A stretch of 64,000 bases of DNA from an uncultured Acidimicrobiales bacterium (GTDB lineage Bacteria; Actinomycetota; Acidimicrobiia; Acidimicrobiales; DATKAS01): NCBI GenBank assembly GCA_963726695.1, contig CAVSDE010000006.1, forward strand, positions 245,209 through 309,208. Direction: 5' to 3'. Under the pieces are notes generated by a model. It was not told where the DNA came from and ran no database searches. It saw only the letters and a program-made list of their open reading frames with translations. A program made the translations under genes and the position numbers. Below, one piece after another: positions 49,957-58,630 of the stretch (position 1 is its first letter; every line of letters begins with the position of its first letter).

Positions 49957-52191
49957 TGGCGGCCTCCTGCTCGCCCCGCTCGATCGCCTCGAGCAAGTGC
50001 ATCGAGATGTCGGCGACGCGGACTTCGCTCTCGTCGAGCCCCGCAGCCTTCACCCCGTCATCCAACATGATGTAACAGAAGGGGCACGCCGTCGCGACTC
50101 TTGTGGCGCCGGTGGCGATCGCTTCTTCGCGCGCGCTCGTCGTTCACCTTCTTGCCGATGCTCTCTTCCATCCACATGCGGGCACCGCCGGCACCGCAGC
50201 ACATCCCCCGGGTGCCGTTGCGACCCATCTCGACGATCTCGATGCCCTTCAGTGAACCGATCACGTTGCGGGGCGCGAGGTACACGTCGTTGTGGCGGCC
50301 GAGGTAGCACGAGTCGTGGTAGGTCACTCGCTCCTCGAGCCGGGCGTTCGAGAGGTCGAGGCGGCCGGTCTCGATGCACCACTCGAGCAGCTGGCTGTGG
50401 TGCAGCGACCTCGTAGTGACCGCCGAGCTGCGGGTATTCGTTGAGCAGCGTGTTGAAGCAGTGCGGGCATTGCGTGACGATCTTCTTCACGCCCATGCCG
50501 TTCAGCACTTCGACGTTCTGCATCGCCAGCATCTGGAAGAGGTACTCGTTGCCCGAGCGGCGAGCGGGATCGCCGGTGCACAGCTCGGACGGCCCGAGGA
50601 TCGCGAAGTCGATGCCCGCCCGTCGAAGCAGCTTCGCCACCGCTTGCGTGACCTTGCGGTTCTTGTCGTCGAACGAGCCCGCACAACCGACCCAGTAGAG
50701 GTACTCGTGCTCGAGCGCCTCGGAGCCGTCGACGATCACCACATCGTCGAGATCCTTCGCCCAGTCGGCCCGCTCGCCTTGGTTCATCCCCCACGGGTTG
50801 CTCTGGTTCTCCATCGACCGGTACACGTTGCCGAGCTCGGTCGGGAAGTCGGATTCCATGAGCGACAGGTAGCGCCGCATGTCGAGGATCTTGTCGAGGA
50901 TCTCGATGTTCACCGGGCAGATCTCGTCACACGCCTTGCACGACGTGCACGACCAGATCTCCTCAGATGTGATGCGCTCGAACAGCGAGTCGGCGGTGAT
51001 CGTGATCTCGGGGACGACACCGATCGGCGGTGACACTGTGGGGCGGCCCGTCGCCGCCATCACCTCGCCGGTCTTCAGCACGATCTCGCGCGGGTCGAGC
51101 GGCTTGCCCGTCGCGTGCGCCGGACAGACCGAGGTGCACCGACCACACATCGTGCACGCGTCGGTGTCGAGCAGCTGCTTCCAGGTGAAGTCCTCGATCG
51201 TCGTCGCACCGAACGTCTCGAGCTCGGTCTCGGTGAGGTTCGGCATCGCTCGCATCGCGCCCTTCGGGCGATCGCGATCGCGCAGGTACATGTTCAACGG
51301 TGACGTGAACATGTGGCGCAGCATCGTGATGGGCAGCACCAACAGGAAGGTGAGGAACGCAGCCACGTGCACGCACCACAGCGCCTGGTGCCAGGTGTTG
51401 AGCGTTGACGGCGCGACCGAGTCGATGAGCGCCGAAAGGGGATAGCCGACGAACGACCACTTCTCGAAGGCCGGTCTGCCCTCGAGCGCGATGCGCACCA
51501 TCTCGGTGGCGAAGCCGGTGAGCGCGAGGACGAAGAACATCCCGAGGATCACTGCGTGCTCGGGCTTGGTCTTGATGCGGATGCGGTAGGGCCGCTGCAC
51601 GTACCGGCGCACCAACGCCCAGGTGATGCCACCGAGGAAGAGCAGCCCCGCGGCATCGCCGACTGCGGAGAACCCTTGGTAGGTGCCGCCGTGCAGGAAC
51701 TTCGCGCTCTCGGGCATCTGGTGGTCGATCTCGAGCACCGTCGTGACGCCGAAGAGGATGAGGAAGCCGAAGTAGATCATCGAGTGCATGACGCCGGCCG
51801 CGGGATCGCGGAGGAGCGTCTGCATGTACATGCCGGCGCGGAAGTCACGGAGCCGGCGCCCGATGTTCTTCCTGGTCGTCGCCCTGCGATCCGGTGCGCC
51901 GCGCTCGTAGTTGCGCACTCTCTGGGAGAAGAGCACGCCCGCTGACGCGATGAGCAGCGGCGTGACCACGTAGAAGGCGAGGCGCAGCGGGCTCGGGATG
52001 CCACCGAACACCTCGCGCGAGACCGGCGAGTTGTCGTGGAACTCGAAGATCACGCCGGTGACGCCCGATGCGATGGTGATGAGGGCGAAGGCGAGCCAGA
52101 TCGCCAGCACCACATCGGATGGTCGGAAGCGGCGTGCAGCGACGGCCGCGGGCGAGGTCCGCTCGGTGGTCGTTGTGGACATCACGCGCAA
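49931..52191 (-). CDS. Membrane-bound (Fe-S)-binding reductase, HdrD/GlpC-like with N-terminal NarI-like TM domain (Rv0338c-like), two frame breaks (~50405, ~50130)
   Basis: Five to six TM helices, then [12 protein letters not shown] and [12 protein letters not shown] (2x 4Fe-4S), then CCG motifs YWVGCAGSF...TQCPHCFN and, in other frames, [10 protein letters not shown]...CCGAGG and [11 protein letters not shown]. Confidence 0.8.
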
Positions 52192-52229
52192 CCTACTGCG
52201 GCGGCCCGGTCAGCCCGGAGCCTGCGCAC

Positions 52230-52655
52230 TCAGCCGTAGTTGGCGCGGTCGAGGTCCCGGATGCGTCCCGCGAGGGTGGCGAGAAGCTTGTGGGCGAGCG
52301 CCGGCACCTGATCGATGACGCCGGCAAAGTTTCGTTGGTCGATGACGAGCACGGTCATGTCAGTGTCCGCGGTGACGGTGGCAGTGCGGGGCCCGCGGTC
52401 GAGCAGCGAGAGCTCGCCGATGACCGCACCCGGTCCGAGGGTCGTGATCTTGCGACCGTTGCGCTTCACCGCGGCGGTGCCGTCGATGACGATGAACGCC
52501 TCACGCCCCTGCTGGCCTTGATCGACCAGCGTGGTGCCGGCTTTCACAGCGATCTCGTCAGACGCCTTGGCGATCTTCTGGAGATCCTTCGTCGAGCAGG
52601 TCGCGAACAGGGGAACCCGCGCCAGATGATCGAGATACGCCTGCCTGATAGCCAT
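52230..52655 (-). CDS. Cyclic-nucleotide-binding domain protein (stand-alone)
   Basis: Intact 141 aa. FIVIDGTAAVKRNGRKITTLGPGAVIGELSLLDRGPRTATVTA is a canonical cNMP phosphate-binding cassette. Confidence 0.88.
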   Translation of the reverse strand: MAIRQAYLDHLARVPLFATCSTKDLQKIAKASDEIAVKAGTTLVDQGQQGREAFIVIDGTAAVKRNGRKITTLGPGAVIGELSLLDRGPRTATVTADTDMTVLVIDQRNFAGVIDQVPALAHKLLATLAGRIRDLDRANYG

Positions 52656-52715
52656 GGCCGCGCATCATATTGAGGTCAGTGCCCTTGTGCCGCGACGACT
52701 CGCCTTCATCGGCAC

Positions 52716-52731
52716 GAAACAGTCGCGAAAC
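52716..52731 (+). promoter_or_regulatory. Direct repeat GAAAC-n6-GAAAC upstream of the small OmpR-type regulator gene
   Basis: cGAAACagtcgcGAAACg, with 11-nt phasing as for OmpR/GlnR-type sites (GlnR b-site consensus GaAAc). It lies in the divergent intergenic region 52656-52750. Confidence 0.25.
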
Positions 52732-52750
52732 GTCCCGGTCCTAGCGTCCC

Positions 52751-53272
52751 GTGGGGATGGACGTCACCTTGGTGCGCTGGCCCTCCGAACAGCCCCGTCG
52801 CGATCGCCTCGCGGAGGAGGGGCTTCCGCGGCTCCTCCTCATCGACGCGTCCGAGGTCCCGCCGGTGGTGGTCGATCTTCTCGAGGACTGGATCAGGGTG
52901 CCGGCCGACGACGCCGACATCCGCGCTCGAGTCGCGACCCTTCAGACGCGGTTCGATGCGGTCGGATCAGTCGCGCCGGTGATCGACGACGACGGCGTCG
53001 TCCGCGTCGGCGCGGCGTGGGTGTCACTGCCGCCGGTCGAAGCTCGCATCACGAATGCCCTCCTCGACCGCTTCGGCGCGGTCGTGAGCCGGGACGCGCT
53101 CGGTCGCAGCGGGTGGCCCGACGGCGCGCCAGGCCGCAACGCCCTCGACGTCCACGTGCTGCGGCTCCGCCGACGGCTTGCTCCCCTCGGGCTGGTGATC
53201 CGCACGGTGAGGTCCCGCGGGTACCTGCTCGAGGCGTCAGATTTCGTTCAGCCCAGCGCGCGCGAGGCGTAA
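52751..53272 (+). CDS. OmpR/PhoB-type winged-helix DNA-binding protein with truncated, non-canonical N-terminal domain
   Basis: C-terminal LPPVEARITNALLDRFGAVVSRDAL...LDVHVLRLRRRLAPLGLVIRTVRSRGYLL. The N-terminal ~70 aa lack receiver motifs. The ATG at 52757 is an alternative start. Confidence 0.75.
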   Translation: MGMDVTLVRWPSEQPRRDRLAEEGLPRLLLIDASEVPPVVVDLLEDWIRVPADDADIRARVATLQTRFDAVGSVAPVIDDDGVVRVGAAWVSLPPVEARITNALLDRFGAVVSRDALGRSGWPDGAPGRNALDVHVLRLRRRLAPLGLVIRTVRSRGYLLEASDFVQPSAREA

Positions 53273-53290
53273 CTCCGAGCCAACACAGCC

Positions 53291-53328
53291 GTAACGGCGA
53301 TCGAACAGAGCCGTAACGCTCGGCACAC
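53291..53328 (+). promoter_or_regulatory. Candidate GlnR box upstream of amt (GTAAC-n6-cGAAC-n6-GTAAC-n6-CACAC)
   Basis: Both a-sites match gTnAc exactly, and both b-sites are degenerate versus GaAAc. It is embedded in a 10-nt direct repeat AGCCGTAACG (53287 and 53309, 22-nt phasing). About 67 nt from the amt ATG. Confidence 0.35.
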
Positions 53329-53394
53329 GGCTGCGAAATCGCCCGTCCGTAGGTTCACACGGAGGTCAGTTTCACGGCATCGGGAGGCGCCAAC

Positions 53395-54894
53395 ATGCGA
53401 TTGCGGAAGTACGGACTCGCGAGCTTGGGGGTGGTGGGAGCGATGGTGCTCCTCACTGCGGCCCCCGCGTTTGCCCAAGACGCCGGGCAGACGCCGGCAC
53501 CCGATCTCTCGATCCCCATCAACTTGCTGTGGGTCGTGATCGGAGCGGTGCTCGTCATCTTCATGCAAGCGGGCTTCGCGCTCGTCGAGACGGGGTTCTG
53601 CCGAGCGAAGCACGCCAGCCACGTCGTGAGCACGAACTTCGCCGTCTTCGGCCTGGGGTTCGTGGCGTACTTCCTTGTCGGCTACACGTTCATGTTCGGC
53701 GGGTACTCGTTTGCACCGATGGGCTACACGACGCCTATTGGGAGCGCGTGGATCGGCAGTGGCAACTGGGTCTTCCTCTGGAAGGGCGACTTCGCCCTCG
53801 GCGGCAGCGGCGCTTACACCCCAGCAGTCATGGCGTTCTTCCTCTACATGGTGGCGTTCATGGACACCACGGCCACGATCCCGACGGGAGCGATGGCTGA
53901 GCGTTGGAAGTGGAATGCCTTCGTCGGGTGGGGTCTGTTCTGCGGCGCCGTCTACTACCCGCTCTTCGGGGCATGGACGTGGGGCGGCGGCTGGCTCGCA
54001 TCGCTCGGCAAGAGCGCACACCTCGGCTTCGGCTACACGGACTTCGCAGGTTCTGGCGTCGTCCACGCGATGGGCGGTGCAGCTGCGCTCGCCGGCGCGA
54101 TCGTGCTCGGGCCGCGGCTCGGGAAGTACGGCAAGGACGGCAAGCCGCGGGCACTCGGGCCGCACCACATCCCGATGGCCATGCTCGGCACGTTCATCCT
54201 TCTGTTCGGTTGGTTCGGCTTCAACGCCGCTTCGACCTTGTCCGCGGTCGACATCCGTTTCGCCGTCGTCGCCACGAACACCGCGCTCGCTGCGGCATTC
54301 GGCGCGGTCGTCGGCATGTTCTGGGTCATGGGACGCACGGGCAAGCCCGATCCCGGGATGATGGCCAACGGCATGCTCGCGGGCTTGGTGGCGATCACCG
54401 CCCCGTGCGCCTTCGTGCAGCCGTGGGCCGCGGCCGTCATCGGGGCGATCGCAGGTGCGATCGTCGTCGAGTCGGTGTGGTTCTGGGAGCGCAAGGCCAA
54501 GGTCGACGACCCTGTGGGCGCGATCTCCGTGCACGGCGTGTGCGGTGTGTTCGGCGTGCTTTCGGTCGGGATCTTCGCTGACGGAACGTACGGCCAGGGC
54601 TGGAACGGCACCCCCTACGCTGACGCGGCTCATGGCGTCACCGGCGTGCTCTATGGCGGCGAGGGCTGGGGTCAGCTCGGCGCACAAGCCATCGGGGCAC
54701 TCGTGATCATGTTTGTGATGGGTGGGGTCGCGTTCGCCTTCTTCAAGATCCAGAACGCGATCATGAAGGGTGGCATCCGGCCCACGGAAGAGGTCGAGCT
54801 CCAGGGCATGGACATCCCCGAGATGGGTGTGCTCGCCTACGAGTTCGAGCTCGTGCCCGACAACACCCTGGAGCCGGCCGAGACCGTCTCCTAG
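53395..54894 (+). CDS. amt: Ammonium transporter (Amt family) with cleavable signal peptide
   Basis: Intact 499 aa. LWVVIGAVLVIFMQAGFALVETG, DFAGSGVVHAMGG, VHGVCGVFGVL. Confidence 0.93.
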   Translation: MRLRKYGLASLGVVGAMVLLTAAPAFAQDAGQTPAPDLSIPINLLWVVIGAVLVIFMQAGFALVETGFCRAKHASHVVSTNFAVFGLGFVAYFLVGYTFMFGGYSFAPMGYTTPIGSAWIGSGNWVFLWKGDFALGGSGAYTPAVMAFFLYMVAFMDTTATIPTGAMAERWKWNAFVGWGLFCGAVYYPLFGAWTWGGGWLASLGKSAHLGFGYTDFAGSGVVHAMGGAAALAGAIVLGPRLGKYGKDGKPRALGPHHIPMAMLGTFILLFGWFGFNAASTLSAVDIRFAVVATNTALAAAFGAVVGMFWVMGRTGKPDPGMMANGMLAGLVAITAPCAFVQPWAAAVIGAIAGAIVVESVWFWERKAKVDDPVGAISVHGVCGVFGVLSVGIFADGTYGQGWNGTPYADAAHGVTGVLYGGEGWGQLGAQAIGALVIMFVMGGVAFAFFKIQNAIMKGGIRPTEEVELQGMDIPEMGVLAYEFELVPDNTLEPAETVS

Positions 54895-54918
54895 TCCTCT
54901 GTCCCCAAGTCATCTCTA

Positions 54919-54950
54919 GGGTGGCCGGCGCCTCCGGGTGCCGGCCACCC
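54919..54950 (+). terminator. GC-rich hairpin between amt and the antiporter-GlnD fusion gene
   Basis: GGGTGGCCGGC-(10 nt)-GCCGGCCACCC, a perfect 11-bp stem. There is no U-tract, so it may be an attenuator or RNA-stability element rather than a full terminator. Confidence 0.5.
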
Positions 54951-54995
54951 TCATGTCCCCTGAGGCCTCGGAGCCACCGCTTTGGAAGTCCACCG

Positions 54996-57704
54996 ATGAG
55001 CGTCACCGATGCGCTGCTCGACATCCTGATCGTGCTCGTCGCGGCGAAGGTCGCCGCGGAGCTCATGGAGCGCATCAACGTCCCCGCGGTGGTCGGGGAG
55101 ATCCTCGTCGGGATCCTGATCGGGCCGTCGGCGCTCAACCTCGTCAGCAACAGCGACGTGTTGCGGGTGCTCGGCGAGATCGGTGTCATCCTCCTGCTGC
55201 TCGAGGTCGGATCCGAGCTGGAGCTGAGTGAGCTCGCCGCCGTGGGTCGCGCGTCGATGTCGGTCGCGACCGTCGGCGTGATCGTGCCGTTCATCGGCGG
55301 CGCCGTGTACGGCACCGCGATCGGGATGACCGGGAAGGAGGCGATCTTCGTCGGCGCCGCCCTCACCGCGACATCGGTGGGCATCACCGCGAGAGTGCTC
55401 GGCGACCTCAAGGCTCTGACCATGGTCGAGTCGCGCACTGTGCTCGGCGCCGCGGTCGCCGACGATGTCATCGGCCTCGTCATCCTCACGGTCGTCGTGC
55501 GGCTCGCGACCTCGGGCTCGGTGTCGGTGCTCGGCGTGCTGTGGATCATCTTCGTCGCGGTGGCGTTCCTCGCGGTGACCGCCTTCGTGGGTGTGCGGTA
55601 CGTGCCCGCGCTGTTCGACTGGATCGCCCGCCACAGCCGATCGGCAGGCACGCTCGTCGCGCTCGCGCTCGCCTTCACACTCGCGATCGCCGAGCTCGCG
55701 AACGTGGCCAAGCTCGCCCCGATCGTCGGCGCCTTCGTTGCCGGCCTCGCGCTCGGACGAAGCAACTCGTCCGATCGCATCCGCCGCGAGCTGCAGCCGG
55801 TCGGACACCTGTTGATCCCGGTCTTCTTCCTTGGGATCGGCATCGACGTCGACGTCGACCAGTTCCTCAAGCCGTCGGTGCTCGGTCTCGCCGCGGTGCT
55901 CTTCGTGGTCGCAGTCGCAGGCAAGCTGGCCTCGGCCGCGGGGATGATCGGCTCGCCTGGCGACAAGCTCCTCGTGGGGATCGGGATGATCCCTCGCGGC
56001 GAGGTCGGCCTCATCTTCGCCACCATCGGGCTGAGCCAAGCCATCATCGGCCAGCGCGACTACGCCTCGATCCTGCTCGTCGTCCTGCTCACCACGTTGG
56101 TGACTCCTCCCGTGCTGCGATGGCGACTCGAGCGACTTCGTGCCGGCTCCGCGGTCGGGGTGGGACCACAAGCGCCGAGGCCCGAGGGTGGGTGGCTCAC
56201 GCTCGTCCCCGGGAGGGGATCGTCGAGCATCATCGAGCTCGCCGCGGTGCCGCCCATCGGTGACGCACTGGAAGTCGCCCTGCAGGCCGCACTGATGCTC
56301 GACGAGGAGCACCGGCCCGGCGAACAGCTCGTCGGGTGGCTCGGCCAGCTGCCGCCGACGCCGTTGCGATTCTCCCGCAGCGCGCGCGAGCTCCTCTTCG
56401 AGCTCCTCGCGACGGGACGTCCGAGGTCGTGGCGCTTCCTTCAGATCACGGGTGTGCTCGACCGAGCGCTTCCCGAGCTCGGCGACGCGATCGAGCGCAG
56501 GCAGCCGTCGGCGCTCGACCTCGATCCGTTCGGCGCGCTGCACTGGGCGACGCTCGACGCAGTGCACCGCGAGCTGCAGGCGTGGGCGACGCGGGGGCAG
56601 CCAGCGCTCGCGCACCCCGAGTGGGTCGAGCTCGCCGCGCTCGTCCTCGACGCCGCAGGCGGATCCGATCCGCCCGTCTTGCTCGCCCGGCGCGTCATGC
56701 AGCGACTCGACCTCGGTGCGGCACCGGAACAGGCGGTGGCGGCGCTCGTGGCCGACATCGGGCTCTTGCGGCCCGCGGCCCTGCGCCCTGACGGGCTCGC
56801 GCAGGAGGCCGTGCTCCAGCTCGCGGCCCACCTCGGATCGCTCGAGCAAGCGAGAGGGCTCTACATCCTCACGTTGTCATCCGAGGATCTAGGAACGATC
56901 GAGCGCACGCGCGTCGACACGTTGCTCGGCCTGATCGAGGCCGCCCTCGCCCATCCCGAGCTCACCAGTCGCGCCGCGACGAACACGATCGAGCAGCGCC
57001 GAAACGCGGCCTCCCGTCTCACCGACGACCGGGCCGCCGCGGCTCGTCTCGCCACCGCGCCCCGCGCCTACGTCCTCTCCCAGACCCCAGAGGCGTTGGC
57101 ACGACAGGCCGCGCTCTGCGAGCCGCCGATCTCCGGAGACGCGGTGCGAGCGGCCGTCTCGCCCGACGCTCCGCGCGGGTGGCGCGTGGAGATCGTCGCC
57201 TCGGACCGCATCGGTCTGCTGTCTCGTGAGGCCGCGGCGCTGAGCGACCTGGGCCTCGACATCGTCGACGCCGCAGTCTGCACATGGCCCGACGGCACCG
57301 TGCTGACGAGCTTCGGGGTCCTGAGGGGTGAGCCTCCGCTCGCCGAGGAGGTCCGCGAGCGCACCCGGGCCGCGATCGATCGAGAGCTCTCGACGGCACC
57401 GATCGAGGACGTCGTCGTGGCCTTCGACGACGTCGGCTCGCCGTGGCACACGATCTGCACGATCGAGGCAACGGATCGTCCGGGACTGTTGCACGCGATC
57501 ACCGCGGCGTTCGCCGCAGCGGCGGCGAGTGTGCACTCTGGTCGCATCGTGACGCGCGACGGCGCTGTCGTCGACACGTTCGAGCTGACCGACGCGACCG
57601 GCGCCAAGCTCGGCGACCCGATCAAGGAGCAGATCGGAGATCTGCTGCGGTCCGGGGTGCGGGCTCGCAAGCCTCGACGCTTCGGGCTGTCCCGCAGCCG
57701 CTGA
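54996..57704 (+). CDS. Fusion protein: CPA2 cation/proton antiporter domain + GlnD-like C-terminal region (degenerate HD region + two ACT domains), lacking the nucleotidyltransferase domain
   Basis: aa 1-~385: Na_H_exchanger pattern (LLDILIVLVAAKVAAELMERINVPAVVGEILVGILIGPS...). The rest: GVLDRALPELG segment, then ACT1 WRVEIVASDRIGLLSREAAALSDLGLDIVDAAV and ACT2 WHTICTIEATDRPGLLHAITAAF...VVDTFELTD, as in PII uridylyl/adenylyl-transferase C-termini. Intact single frame. Confidence 0.8.
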   Translation: MSVTDALLDILIVLVAAKVAAELMERINVPAVVGEILVGILIGPSALNLVSNSDVLRVLGEIGVILLLLEVGSELELSELAAVGRASMSVATVGVIVPFIGGAVYGTAIGMTGKEAIFVGAALTATSVGITARVLGDLKALTMVESRTVLGAAVADDVIGLVILTVVVRLATSGSVSVLGVLWIIFVAVAFLAVTAFVGVRYVPALFDWIARHSRSAGTLVALALAFTLAIAELANVAKLAPIVGAFVAGLALGRSNSSDRIRRELQPVGHLLIPVFFLGIGIDVDVDQFLKPSVLGLAAVLFVVAVAGKLASAAGMIGSPGDKLLVGIGMIPRGEVGLIFATIGLSQAIIGQRDYASILLVVLLTTLVTPPVLRWRLERLRAGSAVGVGPQAPRPEGGWLTLVPGRGSSSIIELAAVPPIGDALEVALQAALMLDEEHRPGEQLVGWLGQLPPTPLRFSRSARELLFELLATGRPRSWRFLQITGVLDRALPELGDAIERRQPSALDLDPFGALHWATLDAVHRELQAWATRGQPALAHPEWVELAALVLDAAGGSDPPVLLARRVMQRLDLGAAPEQAVAALVADIGLLRPAALRPDGLAQEAVLQLAAHLGSLEQARGLYILTLSSEDLGTIERTRVDTLLGLIEAALAHPELTSRAATNTIEQRRNAASRLTDDRAAAARLATAPRAYVLSQTPEALARQAALCEPPISGDAVRAAVSPDAPRGWRVEIVASDRIGLLSREAAALSDLGLDIVDAAVCTWPDGTVLTSFGVLRGEPPLAEEVRERTRAAIDRELSTAPIEDVVVAFDDVGSPWHTICTIEATDRPGLLHAITAAFAAAAASVHSGRIVTRDGAVVDTFELTDATGAKLGDPIKEQIGDLLRSGVRARKPRRFGLSRSR

Positions 57705-57774
57705 CGGTTCCGTCACTCTCTGCGACCGACTTTGCGACAGCGAAGGCCAATTTCGGCCCCTTTCGCCACCCTCA

Positions 57775-58602
57775 GTGGAGGTGGTACACAAGCACGACGA
57801 CTTTGGCGGGCGGAGGTTGGTACCGGTGGCGTCGTGGATGGACCGAGCAACGCGCGCGGCGGAGGTGCTCCGAAGGGGGCGGGTTCTGGTCGTCTGCCCG
57901 TCGGATGAGCAGGCCGGCGCGATCGGGCACGCGCTCTCCGACCTCGACCTGATCCCCGTGCTCGCGTTCGATGAAGACAGCGCGCGACGTACGGCCGGGG
58001 GAGTCGCGTGCAACGTCGCCGTCCTCGACACGAGCGTCGCCAGCGGGTCACCCCTTTCCCTGATCCGCGACATCAACGATGAGGTCGGAGCGGGGGTGCT
58101 CGTCCTCGGACCCACCGACGAACCCGCGGACCGTCTGTTCGACGCGGGAGCGTTCCTCCTCGGATCGGCGGACTGGTCGGGGATGCACGTCGCGGCACGG
58201 ATCTCGACTCGGCTGCGCGTGCGGCCGCCGGTCGAAAACCGATCGACGCTCGTGTGGGGACCGCTCGAGCTCGATCCGGCGATGCACCTCTCGTGGTGGG
58301 ACCGCACGCCGCTCGCGATCACCCCCACCGAGTTCAAGGTGCTCGTCGCCCTCATCTTGGCGAAGGGCGCCGTCGTCTCGAAGTCTGACCTTCAATCTCA
58401 GCTTTGGGGCACGAAGTCCGCTCTCGACGACAAGAGGCTCGAGGCTCATGTACGCCGGCTGCGGGCCAAGCTCGGAGAGCTGAACCGTTCACCGTTCGTG
58501 TTGACCGTTCGAGGCCAGGGATACCGGCTCGCGGACCGCCGGGTGACACGGCGAGCGGTCGTCGTCGACCGTCGTGGATCGTCACGCATCGTGGCTGTCT
58601 GA
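57775..58602 (+). CDS. OmpR-family (GlnR-like) regulator: atypical receiver + winged helix
   Basis: The likely start is MDRATRAAEVL at 57838. The receiver-like half lacks the DD pocket (VLVVCPSDEQ). The wHTH half reads TPTEFKVLVALILAKGAVVSKSDLQSQLWG...LEAHVRRLRAKLG...TVRGQGYRL. Confidence 0.75.
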   Translation: MEVVHKHDDFGGRRLVPVASWMDRATRAAEVLRRGRVLVVCPSDEQAGAIGHALSDLDLIPVLAFDEDSARRTAGGVACNVAVLDTSVASGSPLSLIRDINDEVGAGVLVLGPTDEPADRLFDAGAFLLGSADWSGMHVAARISTRLRVRPPVENRSTLVWGPLELDPAMHLSWWDRTPLAITPTEFKVLVALILAKGAVVSKSDLQSQLWGTKSALDDKRLEAHVRRLRAKLGELNRSPFVLTVRGQGYRLADRRVTRRAVVVDRRGSSRIVAV

Positions 58603-58613
58603 ATTTCTGGTTC

Positions 58614-58630
58614 AGCCTCACTGTGAGGCT
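58614..58630 (+). terminator. Short hairpin just after the regulator gene stop
   Basis: AGCCTCA-ctg-TGAGGCT (7-bp stem), 12 nt after the stop at 58602. Weak, with no U-tract. Confidence 0.35.

Noticed and set aside
53248-58355. Long minus-strand ORFs (479, 632 and 488 aa) opposite amt, the antiporter-GlnD fusion and the regulator
   Set aside because: They are antisense shadows. The plus-strand genes are intact and family-typical.
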